Assembly (NCBI GenBank): GCA_964541675.1
Contig: CAZIPW010000001.1
Location: 67,493 to 131,492, forward strand
Direction of reading: 5' to 3'
Source: an uncultured Verrucomicrobiota bacterium
GTDB taxonomy: Bacteria > Verrucomicrobiota > Verrucomicrobiia > CAZIPW01
Length of the DNA stretch: 64,000 nucleotides
Below the pieces are notes generated by a model, which made no database searches, was not told where the DNA came from, and saw nothing but the letters and a program-made list of their open reading frames with translations. Both the position numbers and the translations under genes were made by a program. Position 1 is the stretch's first letter; every line of letters begins with the position of its first letter. Below are positions 8,984-18,697 of the stretch, piece by piece.

Positions 8984-9574
8984 TTAGAATTGCACCTTGG
9001 GGGCGGCGCGCTCGGCGTCATTGGTAATTTCAAAAAGCGAGGCATCCTGGAACCCGAACATTCCGGCCAAGACCACGTTGGGGAAGGTCTGACGGGCGGT
9101 GTTGTATTTCATTACCGCGTCGTTGTAAGCCTGACGGGCAAAGGAGACTTTGTTCTCGGTGGAGGTCAATTCCTCGGAGAGTTGTCTCATATTAGCGTCG
9201 GCTTTCAGGTTCGGATAACTTTCGGCGACGGCCATGAGGCGTCCGAGGGTCCCGGTCAGGACTCCTTCGGCGCTTGCCAGGCCAGCCACGGCTGCTGCGT
9301 CCGTTGCGTCGCCGCCGACCTTCTGATGGGCGGTGTAGGCGGTGTTGCGGGCGGCGATCACGGCTTCGAGCGTCTGGCTCTCATGCTTGAGGTAGCCCTT
9401 GGCGGTCTCCACGAGGTTGGGAATCAGATCGTAGCGGCGTTTGAGCTGGACGTCTATTTGCGCGAAAGCATTCTTGAATTGATTGCGGAAGGCGACGAGG
9501 GTGTTGTAGATGCCAATGATAGCGATCACAAGGACGACTACCACGACGATGCCGATTATAAGTGGGATATTCAT
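8984..9574 (-). CDS. lemA: LemA-family protein
   Basis: N-terminal TM helix followed by LVAFRNQFKNAFAQIDVQLKRRYDLIPNLVETAKGY, which is typical of LemA. Its stop overlaps the htpX start region. Confidence 0.8.
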   Translation of the reverse strand: MNIPLIIGIVVVVVLVIAIIGIYNTLVAFRNQFKNAFAQIDVQLKRRYDLIPNLVETAKGYLKHESQTLEAVIAARNTAYTAHQKVGGDATDAAAVAGLASAEGVLTGTLGRLMAVAESYPNLKADANMRQLSEELTSTENKVSFARQAYNDAVMKYNTARQTFPNVVLAGMFGFQDASLFEITNDAERAAPKVQF

Positions 9575-9667
9575 ACGAGGGAGAGTCTAGGGTATTTGAA
9601 GGAGGTTTGTAAGAAAAAAGTGGTGGGGGTGGGGCGGGTCTAATTAATAGGCATATGTTAGTATATA

Positions 9668-9698
9668 ATCACTGTTATTGTCACTGTTTAACAGTGAT
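9668..9698. promoter_or_regulatory. tripartite TCACTG/CAGTGA repeat element (site A), about 95 bp upstream of the lemA start
   Basis: ATCACTG-ttatt-GTCACTG-tttaa-CAGTGAT. Hexamer cores begin at 9669, 9681 and 9692 (11-12 bp phasing). On the minus strand the element directly adjoins a TATATACT -10-like box. Confidence 0.45.
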
Positions 9699-9939
9699 AA
9701 TTGGGTAATGTACACCGTGTTGCACGAAGCTATAGAAATCCCATAAAATGGGCAGTGGGGCTTATTGGACTTATAGGACATATAAGAAGCTGGATTTTTT
9801 TGACTGGTAAAAGATAAAGATTGCTAAGGGCATTATATCAGGTTTTTGGGAGGGGGGTATGAACAAGACCTTCGGGACATTTGCGACTTTCAGGACAGGA
9901 AGGATAAACACCCTGCCTGGCTTCAGTCAGAAGCCGATT

Positions 9940-11220
9940 CTATATCTTCGTGCCACTTGGTACAGTAGTGCCCGCCGTTACCACCAGCACACCGTCACGC
10001 ACCACAATTCCATCCTTGTCGTAGAGATCCGGTTTGCCTTCCGGGCTCAGAACCACATTGTCCCCGATGCGCACATTCTTGTCGATGATGCAGTTGGTGA
10101 AGCGGCAGTTCTTCCCGATACCCATTGGGGGAATGCTCTTCTCGTCGTTGTGCAGTTGTTCCTCAAAAGTCTCATAGCAATCCTGTCCCATCGTGACGAC
10201 ATTTTCAAGCACCGTTCCCTCGCGGATGATGGTTCGCAGTCCTATGACACATCTTTTGAGAGCGGACTTTTGGATGATGGTCCCATCGGAGATAATAACG
10301 CGGTCGAGGGTTGAAGCCGTGACTTTGGAAGAGGGGAGAAAGCGCGGCTGGGTGTAAATCGCGGCTTCCTCCTCAAAGAATTCAAAGGGCGGATGTTCAT
10401 CTGCCAGATCCAAATTGGCGTTAAAGAACGCCGCCACGGTGCCGATGTCCTCCCAGTAATCGTCAAAGATGAAGGCGTACATGGGGACCTTCCCCAAAAG
10501 CGACGGGATAATCTCCTTGCCGAAGTCGGTCGCGTTGTTGTCTAGGGCTTCGTAGAGCGTCTTGCAATTGAAAACGTAAATACCCATGTTGGCCAGGACC
10601 TTCTTCTGGCCCTCGTTGCGTTTGATGCCATCCATGAGAGAGTCGGGAATAACCAGGCTTTCAATGATCTTTGGGTCTTTGGGTTTTTCAACAAACTCAG
10701 AGATCGCCAGGTTGTCACGCACCCGCATGATGCCCAGTCCGGGCGCACGGTTTGCCGGGGTCGGGTTGGCCGCAAGGGTCAGCGCCGCTCCCGTCGAGAG
10801 GTGCTGCTCTATGAAAGAGCGGAAATCCATCCGGTAGAGCTGGTCGGCCGAGATGATCAGAAACAGGTCATCCCCCTTGGCTCCGAAGTGTTTCAGATTC
10901 TTGCGGATGCAGTCCGCCGTTCCCTGGTACCAGTCGGAGGTCTGCTCGGTCTGTTCGGCGGCCAGGATGTCCACAAACCCACCCCCAAAAGAGTCGAATT
11001 TGTATGACTCCCTGATATGCTTGTGGAGCGAGGCGGTATTGAACTGCGTCATCAGATAGATGCGGTTGAGTCCCGAGTTCAGACAGTTGGAAATGGGGAT
11101 ATCCACAAGCATATATTTGCCCGCCAGCGGCACGGCCGGTTTGCAGCGGTTTTTGGTGAGCGGATAAAGACGGGTGCCTCTTCCGCCGCCCATGATGGCA
11201 CAGATGACCTGGGAGCCCAT
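9940..11220 (-). CDS. glgC: glucose-1-phosphate adenylyltransferase
   Basis: N-terminus IMGGGRGTRLYPLTKNRCKPAVPLAGKYMLVDIPISNCLNSGL, plus the left-handed beta-helix C-domain characteristic of GlgC. Confidence 0.85.
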   Translation of the reverse strand: MGSQVICAIMGGGRGTRLYPLTKNRCKPAVPLAGKYMLVDIPISNCLNSGLNRIYLMTQFNTASLHKHIRESYKFDSFGGGFVDILAAEQTEQTSDWYQGTADCIRKNLKHFGAKGDDLFLIISADQLYRMDFRSFIEQHLSTGAALTLAANPTPANRAPGLGIMRVRDNLAISEFVEKPKDPKIIESLVIPDSLMDGIKRNEGQKKVLANMGIYVFNCKTLYEALDNNATDFGKEIIPSLLGKVPMYAFIFDDYWEDIGTVAAFFNANLDLADEHPPFEFFEEEAAIYTQPRFLPSSKVTASTLDRVIISDGTIIQKSALKRCVIGLRTIIREGTVLENVVTMGQDCYETFEEQLHNDEKSIPPMGIGKNCRFTNCIIDKNVRIGDNVVLSPEGKPDLYDKDGIVVRDGVLVVTAGTTVPSGTKI

Positions 11221-11295
11221 ATGGACAAACTTTGACGGAATGAAAGACGCCCGGCAAATCTAATCCAAAGGGATATTTATGCCGTTTAAACATCC

Positions 11296-12990
11296 ATGGG
11301 TCTACGCAAACGTTATCTGGCTGTCTGGCTGGGTGTTCTCATCATGCTGCTTCTGGCGGCGGGGTGGGGAATTCAAAACACCTATGATCTGCTTCTGAGC
11401 CTGCAGTGGCAGAAAGAGGCCGCCTCTTTAAGGCAACGACTGGATCGTACGTTGGTTGACAGGGAACTGCAATTGGGGGTGCTGGCCGAGAGTCTTGGCG
11501 CGCGCCTCAAGGATCCCGGGAGCGACGCCCTCCCAGCGGACTGTTCGAATCTTATCTCCCGCTTGGATATCAGCGAGGTGGTCTGGCATTCCCCGACGCA
11601 GATGCGGGTTCTGTATCCGGCTGCCGCTCAGGCACAGCCGAAAGTCTGGCGTGCCACGCTCTATGATTTTTTTCGTACCTCCACAATGCAGGTGGGTATT
11701 GAGATCACCGAATTTGGCCCGCGCCTTCTGGATATAGAGCCTCTTTTGCAGGAGGGTCAGACGGGAGGGCTGGAAGTCTGCGCGTCCCTGGAGAGGTTCA
11801 TGCGCACTTTTGCGTCCCGCGAGGGAGTGGAGATGGCTCTGGTAACGCAGAAGGGGCAATCCCGCAAGATCCTGTGCGCCTCGGCTCCGCTGCCTGGGGC
11901 GATATCCGAAAGTCCTGTTTATAAACGATATTCGGGCGGGCGCTCCCGTGGACTTTTTGACAAGGGGGGCGTTCTGTGGGGGATTATCATAGCTGATGAC
12001 GTTGAATATTCCTCCGCCCTGGCTCCTTCCGCCGGCAGTCCCACGCGGATGGTGCTGTGGACAAATTATACCGACGCAGCCGCGCAGCTGGCGACACAGC
12101 GCAATTTGGTAATGGGGCTTTCGGCAGTGCCCATAACGCTTCTATGGCTGGGTGTTTTCTATTATTTCTTTTATCATCGCCACAAGCTGCGTCTTCTTGA
12201 GGAGGCCGCGAGGCGGCAGCTGCTTGTCTCCAACATCTCCCTGAAGACAGAAGTGGAATCGCGCCAGATGGCGGAGGAATCCCTGCGCGGAATCTCTTCC
12301 GAGCTGTACGCGGACCACGAGAGGAATCTAGCGCTCCTGGAAAAGATTTCCCATAGAATCAAATTGGACGCCTCTGCTACTCTCGGTTTCCTGGATCTTG
12401 CCCTGGCCGGGGGGGTATCTCTCAGAGAGAACCTGGACGCGCTTAAAATCATGGCAAACCAGCATCTCTTTATGGCTGACAACATTGCGGCCTGGCTGCG
12501 CCGCCGCAAGGGGCCTCTGGCCAAAGCAGATTGTGTATTGCGTCGTATAGCCGAGACTACTTCCCAAAACCTTGGGAAGTGGTACGGGGAGAAAAAAGTC
12601 TCAATCAGCATTAATATCGCTGATACCATCCTGGTGAATGCAGACTCATCGCTTCTGGAGATCCTTCTGAGAAACATCCTTGTCAATGCCCTGAAATATT
12701 CCCCGCCTGGCTCTTCGGTGGAAATAACAGCCCGTGCTCTGCGGTCAGGGGTCGAACTTTATGTGGCCGATGGGGGCAGCGGAATCCCGGGCGAGATCAT
12801 GAAAAAACTATTTGATCCCACCGACAGACCATTAAGCCCGGGCGTGGATGGCGAACAGGGTTTGGGGTTGGGACTGCCCATTGTTAAATGGATCTGCGAG
12901 GCTCATTCAGCGCAGATACGGGTCATATCAGCCGGCGAGCAGGGTTGCCGCGTGGTATTCTTCTTCCCCAGTCCGGAAAAGAAAGATTAG
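11296..12990 (+). CDS. sensor histidine kinase (orphan, no cognate regulator adjacent)
   Basis: N-terminal TM helix, a periplasmic domain, a second TM helix, a coiled-coil/HisKA-like region, and a C-terminal HATPase_c domain (NALKYSPPGSSVEI...DGGSGIP...GLGLGLPIV). Confidence 0.7.
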   Translation: MGLRKRYLAVWLGVLIMLLLAAGWGIQNTYDLLLSLQWQKEAASLRQRLDRTLVDRELQLGVLAESLGARLKDPGSDALPADCSNLISRLDISEVVWHSPTQMRVLYPAAAQAQPKVWRATLYDFFRTSTMQVGIEITEFGPRLLDIEPLLQEGQTGGLEVCASLERFMRTFASREGVEMALVTQKGQSRKILCASAPLPGAISESPVYKRYSGGRSRGLFDKGGVLWGIIIADDVEYSSALAPSAGSPTRMVLWTNYTDAAAQLATQRNLVMGLSAVPITLLWLGVFYYFFYHRHKLRLLEEAARRQLLVSNISLKTEVESRQMAEESLRGISSELYADHERNLALLEKISHRIKLDASATLGFLDLALAGGVSLRENLDALKIMANQHLFMADNIAAWLRRRKGPLAKADCVLRRIAETTSQNLGKWYGEKKVSISINIADTILVNADSSLLEILLRNILVNALKYSPPGSSVEITARALRSGVELYVADGGSGIPGEIMKKLFDPTDRPLSPGVDGEQGLGLGLPIVKWICEAHSAQIRVISAGEQGCRVVFFFPSPEKKD

Positions 12991-13766
12991 CTTTTTTGCC
13001 GGAGGATTTCGTACAAGATGGCGCCTGTAGCCACGCTGACATTCAGGGAGTCTCCGATTCCGCGCATGGGCAGGCTGATCTTTTCGTCGGCGCTGTCCAA
13101 TATTTCCTGTGTCAGCCCCCGTGCCTCGCTTCCGATGGCGACGGCAGTGGGCCCCTTCAAATCGGCCTGCCATAGGCTCCTGGTGGCGGCCGGAGAAGTC
13201 GCCACGAGCCGCAATTTGTGTTTCTTGATCCAGTTCAGTGCGTCGTTCCAATTGGCCGTTGCGTAGGGGACGCTGAAGGCGCCTCCCGCGCTGCCTCGCA
13301 GTACATTGGGATTGAAGAGGTCTATGGAGAGATTGCAGCCAATCACCGCGTCGACGCCGACGGCGTCACAGGTTCTAAGCAGGGTGCCAAGATTGCCCGG
13401 CTTCTCGATATCTTCAGCCAATATGACGAGCGTGGGCGCTTTGACCTGAAGGCGGGAGAGATCGGTGGGCCATGTCCGGGCCTCAACGAGCAGCCCCGCG
13501 GGGTTCTCGCGGTAGCAAACAGCCCCGTAAGCGTGTTTTCCAAGTTCGACCAGTTTGATTCCCCGGTCCAAGATTTTCTTTAGAAGAGGGGTTTCAAAAG
13601 GAAAGGCGTCGCAAAGGTAGGCTGTTTCAAGAACGACTTTTTTGTCAAGGGCACGTTCAATTTCCCGCTGCCCATCAATGAGAAAGAGCCCCGACTCCCG
13701 TCTTCCCCGAGCCTCGCGCAGTTCCTTGAGACGTTTGATGATGGCGTTCTGGCGGCTTTCTATCAC
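12987..13766 (-). CDS. TrmH/SpoU-family RNA 2'-O-methyltransferase (RlmB-like)
   Basis: SpoU motifs LVILAEDIEKPGNLGTLLRTCDAVG and ISLPMRGIGDSLNVSVATGAILYE. Confidence 0.7.
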   Translation of the reverse strand: MIESRQNAIIKRLKELREARGRRESGLFLIDGQREIERALDKKVVLETAYLCDAFPFETPLLKKILDRGIKLVELGKHAYGAVCYRENPAGLLVEARTWPTDLSRLQVKAPTLVILAEDIEKPGNLGTLLRTCDAVGVDAVIGCNLSIDLFNPNVLRGSAGGAFSVPYATANWNDALNWIKKHKLRLVATSPAATRSLWQADLKGPTAVAIGSEARGLTQEILDSADEKISLPMRGIGDSLNVSVATGAILYEILRQKS

Positions 13767-13780
13767 ACCCTTGATTATCC

Positions 13781-13987
13781 CTATTTGGAGGTAAGGTTGT
13801 TGCGGCCCTGCTTGACGAGCCTGGTGAAGCGCCGCTGCTCCTTGGCGCTCAACCCCGTGTATTTGCGGTGAAGAATCCTGCCCGTGTCGGTGACGTATTG
13901 GGGCTGCTTGGAGGCATCAATAAAGTTCATCTGCAAAACATTCTTGGTTTTGACCGGGGTGGGGGAGGATTCGGACTTTTCTGACAT
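13781..13987 (-). CDS. rpsR: 30S ribosomal protein S18
   Basis: 68 aa. YVTDTGRILHRKYTGLSAKEQRRFTRLVKQGR aligns with the S18 core (Y.TE.GKI.P.R.TG..AK.QR.LA.AIKRAR). It is not in the usual rpsF-rpsR-rplI context. Confidence 0.65.
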   Translation of the reverse strand: MSEKSESSPTPVKTKNVLQMNFIDASKQPQYVTDTGRILHRKYTGLSAKEQRRFTRLVKQGRNNLTSK

Positions 13988-14055
13988 AGGGGGGCATTAT
14001 CCCATATCAGGCGGGTGATGGCAAGGCTAAAAAACGCGCTTTCGGGCGGGCTTGG

Positions 14056-15906
14056 TCAGAAGATCGGCTGGAGCATCTCAATAAGGCTGGAGACCAGCCG
14101 CTGGTTGGCGCGGCCCTTCAACTGGGCTTGCTGGGAGATAATCTTGCGGCGGTCCCTGACTAGGGCAAGCGGGGTGTTGTTGCGCATCACAATGCAGTCC
14201 TCCATGACCGTTCCATCACTCCACATATGGGCGTTGTAGCGCAGGAAGGAAATGAAAAAATCCGCCTCACGGGGATCGTAGGTATAGACCAGATTGGCGG
14301 GCAGAAAGATCTCCACAAGCCAGGGCGCCATGGGAGAAGTAACTTTGTATATCCTGGTGTCGTGTGTCTTTTTGAGATGCGCGACCAGCATCTCGACGGC
14401 TTCGCGGTGGCTGGTGCCCCAATAATCGGTGTCAAAGTCGGCGTAAGCCTTTTCCTCGCCGCCCACGAGACTGTTAAAGAAAATATATTGATACGGATGC
14501 AGGAGAAAATCCTCCCTGACAACCAGCAGGCTGCCGAAAAGGATCAGGCATATCAGGGAGGTTCGCAGATGGAACCTTATGAGAACGAAGAGTCCGATGA
14601 GGGCCACCACAAAAGCGGATATTAGGAATCCATCCATATATCCCCGATAGAAAAGCGGCCAGAGAACCGCCCGTTCCATGACAAAAGTGGCGCACATGAT
14701 GAGCAGGATTCCCACGGGAAGACCCAGCAGAATGCGCGTCAGGATGGATGGAGACTTTAGTGAGGAAATCCAGTCAAAAACCGTGCCGACTGCCAGGGCG
14801 TTGAGGACCGCCCAGGGTCCCAGTACAAAGAGAAAATGCCGAATGCCGTCATACAAAGTGGCGTGTTTAATGGCAACAACCACGATTGGAAAGAGAAAAC
14901 AGAAGGCCACCAGGCCAATGGAGAGACGGTTTAGAACAGCTCTTCTGTCAGACTTGATGAAGACCAAACTCCATAAGCCGATGATGCCTCCCAGGATGCC
15001 GATGGCTATCAGAAATATCGGGGTTGTGATGGAGAGCATCTCCGGCATATAGAACCACGGCAGGTGGGTGGCGGGATAGACGCGACCATTGAGTACCACC
15101 GGGCCGTTCCACGGGTATTCGCCGATCCGCATCAGGGTATGGACGATCGCGGTGAGAGGATTCTGATGCGCGAAGGGCCACCAAGGCAGAAGTATGACAA
15201 AGGCTCCCAGAACAACCGTCGTCATCATGCCCGCGTAATGAACGGCTCTGCTCCACGGGAGATCATCCCTGCGCTTTAGCCAGAGTCTGACTGCAAAAGC
15301 CAAGGCCATGAAGGCGAAGAAAAAGGCACCTCCCATGCGGACGCCAAGAGTCAGTCCATAGGTCAGTGTCAGGATGGCGATAAATCCCGGAGTGATCTTG
15401 GGAATGGAGATGACTTTGATCGTCTGGTAAAGCGACCAGATGTACATACAGGCAAAGGGAATGTCCTTCGGGTTGATGAACATATGCCCGTAGAAGTGCG
15501 GAAAGAGCGTCAGAAAAAATGCCGACAGGAACCCCGTGCGCGCTCCGCCAAGCTGTTTGCCGACCTTGTACGCGCCAAAGACGGTCAGTATGCCGAAGAC
15601 GGCGCTCAGCAGATGATCGGAGTAGACCATTCCCAGGCTGCCAGGACCGAAGAGTCCGGTTTTAAACAGCAGCTGGTGAACGAGATCATAGAAGCCAGGA
15701 TAGTTGTCCTCGGGATTGTCGTAGGGCTGCCAGTGCCCCGAGAAGGCGTTCTCGTAATAGGCGAACTTCTTGGCGCCTTCGGTGTTCCGGTAAAATTCAT
15801 CCCAGCTCATCCCATAGTCGCTGAAAGTTTTGAGAGAGATTCCCAGTAGGAGGATCAGCAGCGCGGCGGTGGCCCACCTCCACGGGAATGCGGCTCGGGA
15901 TAACAT
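14056..15906 (-). CDS. GT-C fold glycosyltransferase, family 39/ArnT(PMT_2)-like polytopic membrane protein
   Basis: 616 aa with more than 12 predicted TM helices and the loop/helix organisation typical of ArnT/PMT-type undecaprenyl- or dolichyl-phosphate-sugar transferases. Confidence 0.5.
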   Translation of the reverse strand: MLSRAAFPWRWATAALLILLLGISLKTFSDYGMSWDEFYRNTEGAKKFAYYENAFSGHWQPYDNPEDNYPGFYDLVHQLLFKTGLFGPGSLGMVYSDHLLSAVFGILTVFGAYKVGKQLGGARTGFLSAFFLTLFPHFYGHMFINPKDIPFACMYIWSLYQTIKVISIPKITPGFIAILTLTYGLTLGVRMGGAFFFAFMALAFAVRLWLKRRDDLPWSRAVHYAGMMTTVVLGAFVILLPWWPFAHQNPLTAIVHTLMRIGEYPWNGPVVLNGRVYPATHLPWFYMPEMLSITTPIFLIAIGILGGIIGLWSLVFIKSDRRAVLNRLSIGLVAFCFLFPIVVVAIKHATLYDGIRHFLFVLGPWAVLNALAVGTVFDWISSLKSPSILTRILLGLPVGILLIMCATFVMERAVLWPLFYRGYMDGFLISAFVVALIGLFVLIRFHLRTSLICLILFGSLLVVREDFLLHPYQYIFFNSLVGGEEKAYADFDTDYWGTSHREAVEMLVAHLKKTHDTRIYKVTSPMAPWLVEIFLPANLVYTYDPREADFFISFLRYNAHMWSDGTVMEDCIVMRNNTPLALVRDRRKIISQQAQLKGRANQRLVSSLIEMLQPIF

Positions 15907-15944
15907 TGCGGCATTTTAGCAGACCGGATTGAAAGCGCAAGAGT

Positions 15945-17645
15945 TTGATTTCCCCACCGGGGTTGTGTAGGATCTTTATCATGTCTAATATACTGTCCGA
16001 TGCCACGATTGAGCGGCTTATACCTGGGCGGCTGCCCTCGGTTGAGGAAATCGAGGCCAGGTACCCCGCACGCAAACTAAAGGAGGGGCAGATCGTCACC
16101 CGTCAGGCGCCCAGTCCAACGGGCATGATGCACATAGGCACCCTGATGATGGTCCTTGTGTCCGAGAAAATTGCGCACCAGACGGGAGGGGTGATGATGC
16201 TGCGCATAGAGGATACCGATACCAAGCGCGAGGTGGAGGGCGCCACGCAGGTGATCCTGGACGGCATCAGGCATTTTGGTTTACAGGTGGACGAGGGCCC
16301 GATTTCGGAAACAGAAGAGAAGGGCGCCTACGGTCCCTATACGCAAAGCAGGCGAATCGAAATCTATCAGGCCTATGCCAAAAAATGGCTCAAAGAGGGC
16401 AAGGCCTATCCGTGTTTTGCCACCGATGAACAGATAGAGGACATCCGCAAGGCGCAGGTACACGATAACATCCGTCCGGGTTACTATGGCAAATGGGCCA
16501 TTGGCAGAACACTGACCGAGGAGGAGATCAGCAAGAATCTGGACGAGAAGAAGCCCTTTGTCATCCGTTACCTCAATCCGGCCGATCCCGAGAAGCGGAT
16601 TCGCGTGCAGGATCTTCTCAAGGGCGAGAGGGAATTTCCCCAGTACGACCTCGACATCCCGCTACTCAAATCCTCGGACGGGCTGCCAACCTACCATTTC
16701 GCGCACGTGATCGACGATCATCTGATGGGCACGACCCACGTCCTGCGCACCGATGAGTGGTTCTCCTCGCTGCCGCTGCATATACAGCTCTTCCGCGAGA
16801 TGGGCTGGAAGGCGCCCAAATACGCGCATATGTCCCCGGTGCAGAAGCTCGATAACGGGGACCGCCGCAAGCTCTCCAAGAGAAAAGACCCCGAGGCAAG
16901 CGTCATGATGTATATCCAGAAAGGTTATCCCGAAGAGGCCGTTATTGAATATCTTCTAAACATCGCGAATTCCAACTTTGAAGACTGGCGGAAGGCCAAT
17001 CCTGCAAAGAGCTGGAGGGAGTTTGAAGTCAGCTTCAAGAAGATGGGAGACACGGGGGCGCTTCTGGATATGGTGAAGCTCGACAACATCAGCAAGAATG
17101 TGGTGGCGCGCTTCTCGTCCGAGGAAATTTTCAAACGCGCCTATGCCTGGGCGCAGAAGTACGACGCCAAGCTCAAGGGACTTATGGATTCCCATCCGGA
17201 CTATGTCCGGCAGATCCTCAATATTGAACGTACCGCGCCCAAGGTCCGCAAGGACATTACCACCTGGTCCAATCTTTTTGGAGAGCTCTCCTATTTCTTC
17301 GACGAGCATTTTGAGCTCACCAAAGAGGAGGCGCTCAAACTCCTGCCGGGATTTGCGCCAGCAGATCTTGCGGGAATTGCCAAAGAGTTTTGTGACGGCT
17401 ACAGCGCGACCGACAGCAAGGACGAATGGTTTGCGAAGGTGAAGGCGATCGCTCAAAAGCGCGGCTATGCCGTCAACGCGAAGGAGTTTCAGGCCAACCC
17501 GGCGGCTTTCAAGGGGAACGTCTCGGATGTGGCCAAGATTTTTCGTATCCTCCTGACTGGCAAAGCACAAACTCCGGATTTGCACTCTGTTATGCTGGTG
17601 ATGGGAAAAGACAGATGCATGAGGCGGCTTGAGATTTTGGGATAG
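15945..17645 (+). CDS. gltX: glutamate--tRNA ligase (class I, GluRS family)
   Basis: The HIGH region appears as PSPTGMMHIGTLMM, the KMSKS motif as KLSKRK, and LRIEDTDTKRE is present. The true start is probably MSNIL at ~15981. Confidence 0.8.
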   Translation: MISPPGLCRIFIMSNILSDATIERLIPGRLPSVEEIEARYPARKLKEGQIVTRQAPSPTGMMHIGTLMMVLVSEKIAHQTGGVMMLRIEDTDTKREVEGATQVILDGIRHFGLQVDEGPISETEEKGAYGPYTQSRRIEIYQAYAKKWLKEGKAYPCFATDEQIEDIRKAQVHDNIRPGYYGKWAIGRTLTEEEISKNLDEKKPFVIRYLNPADPEKRIRVQDLLKGEREFPQYDLDIPLLKSSDGLPTYHFAHVIDDHLMGTTHVLRTDEWFSSLPLHIQLFREMGWKAPKYAHMSPVQKLDNGDRRKLSKRKDPEASVMMYIQKGYPEEAVIEYLLNIANSNFEDWRKANPAKSWREFEVSFKKMGDTGALLDMVKLDNISKNVVARFSSEEIFKRAYAWAQKYDAKLKGLMDSHPDYVRQILNIERTAPKVRKDITTWSNLFGELSYFFDEHFELTKEEALKLLPGFAPADLAGIAKEFCDGYSATDSKDEWFAKVKAIAQKRGYAVNAKEFQANPAAFKGNVSDVAKIFRILLTGKAQTPDLHSVMLVMGKDRCMRRLEILG

Positions 17646-17657
17646 GAGTTTGTACCT

Positions 17658-18641
17658 ATGAAAACTACACAATGTCTTAATCCACAGATTGGGTTAGGAA
17701 CATTCTCTTTTTCCAATGTATTCAGCCCAGTTACCCAAACGGAAGCAGCCGGAATCTTGGCTGCTTTTATGGAAATGGGTGGCCACTATATTGAAACCGC
17801 CCCAAGTTATCCGGTGAATGCGGTGAAGCTTGGAGATATCCTCAAGGATCTTGGAAGAGACAGGTTCTTTTTGGCAACGAAATGCGTTGTGGGCGTAGAT
17901 GCCGATGGACATAAGATTACAAGTGGAAAGAAAGAATTTATCCGGCGACAATGCGAAGAAGAACTAAAAAGGCTGGGAGTATCGCACTTGGATTTGCTGC
18001 AGACTCATGTGCTGCCGGATGATACCCCCGTCGCAGAGACCATACAATGTATGGAAGAGTTGAGACGTGAGGGAATAGTTCGATTTATCGGAGTCTCCAA
18101 TGCGACGGAAGTGCAGTTGATAGAGTGCCTGAAATACGGGCGGATGGATTTTGTGCAAAATAGATTGAGCCTGCTCCACAGGGAATCCTTGGGGGATATA
18201 AGGGAATTCTGCGCAAAAGTAGGCGCTATACTAAATCCTTATCAGATACTGGAAAGAGGGCTTTTGACAGACAACCCTACTGCGGCAAAAGGATGGAGTA
18301 GCAACGACTTGCGGGCAAAGAAGCCGGAGTATAATGGCCAGCCGCTGGAAGTTATCCGCTATTGGCTAGATACTGAACTTCAGTCTATTGCGAGAACCGC
18401 GGGACTTTCTCTGGAAGAGATCGCCATTCGATGGATCTTTAGCCAGGTGCCATCGGCAGTACCGGTTTTAGGGGCAACTTCGGTGCAGCAAGTTAGACGC
18501 AATATGCGCACTAGGGCCGTTCCCTTGTCTGCGGAATTACTCGAGCAGGTTGAAAAAGCTTTTGCCAGACTGAAGGCAAAAGTTAGTAAGGATTATTCCC
18601 TCTCTATAGAGAAGTTTAGGGGACTTTCATCCTGGCGGTGA
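17658..18641 (+). CDS. aldo/keto reductase family oxidoreductase
   Basis: AKR (alpha/beta)8 fold pattern, including IETAPSYP, LATKCV, GVSHLDLLQTHV and FIGVSNA. Confidence 0.75.
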   Translation: MKTTQCLNPQIGLGTFSFSNVFSPVTQTEAAGILAAFMEMGGHYIETAPSYPVNAVKLGDILKDLGRDRFFLATKCVVGVDADGHKITSGKKEFIRRQCEEELKRLGVSHLDLLQTHVLPDDTPVAETIQCMEELRREGIVRFIGVSNATEVQLIECLKYGRMDFVQNRLSLLHRESLGDIREFCAKVGAILNPYQILERGLLTDNPTAAKGWSSNDLRAKKPEYNGQPLEVIRYWLDTELQSIARTAGLSLEEIAIRWIFSQVPSAVPVLGATSVQQVRRNMRTRAVPLSAELLEQVEKAFARLKAKVSKDYSLSIEKFRGLSSWR

Positions 18642-18697
18642 TCGTATGGTTTGGATTGTGGGTTGAAAATACTGTGACGGCGGGATAGCCTTGTTTC

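Noticed and set aside
8453-9643. 396-aa plus-strand ORF antisense to htpX and lemA (also 8505..8858 and 8686..9045)
   Set aside because: It lies antisense to two genes that have clear family signatures. It is low-complexity and rich in G, D, H and V, with no motifs. This is a typical shadow ORF in high-GC DNA.
9859-10314. 151-aa plus-strand ORF starting in the lemA-glgC spacer and running antisense into glgC
   Set aside because: Most of its length is antisense to glgC, and no conserved features were seen.
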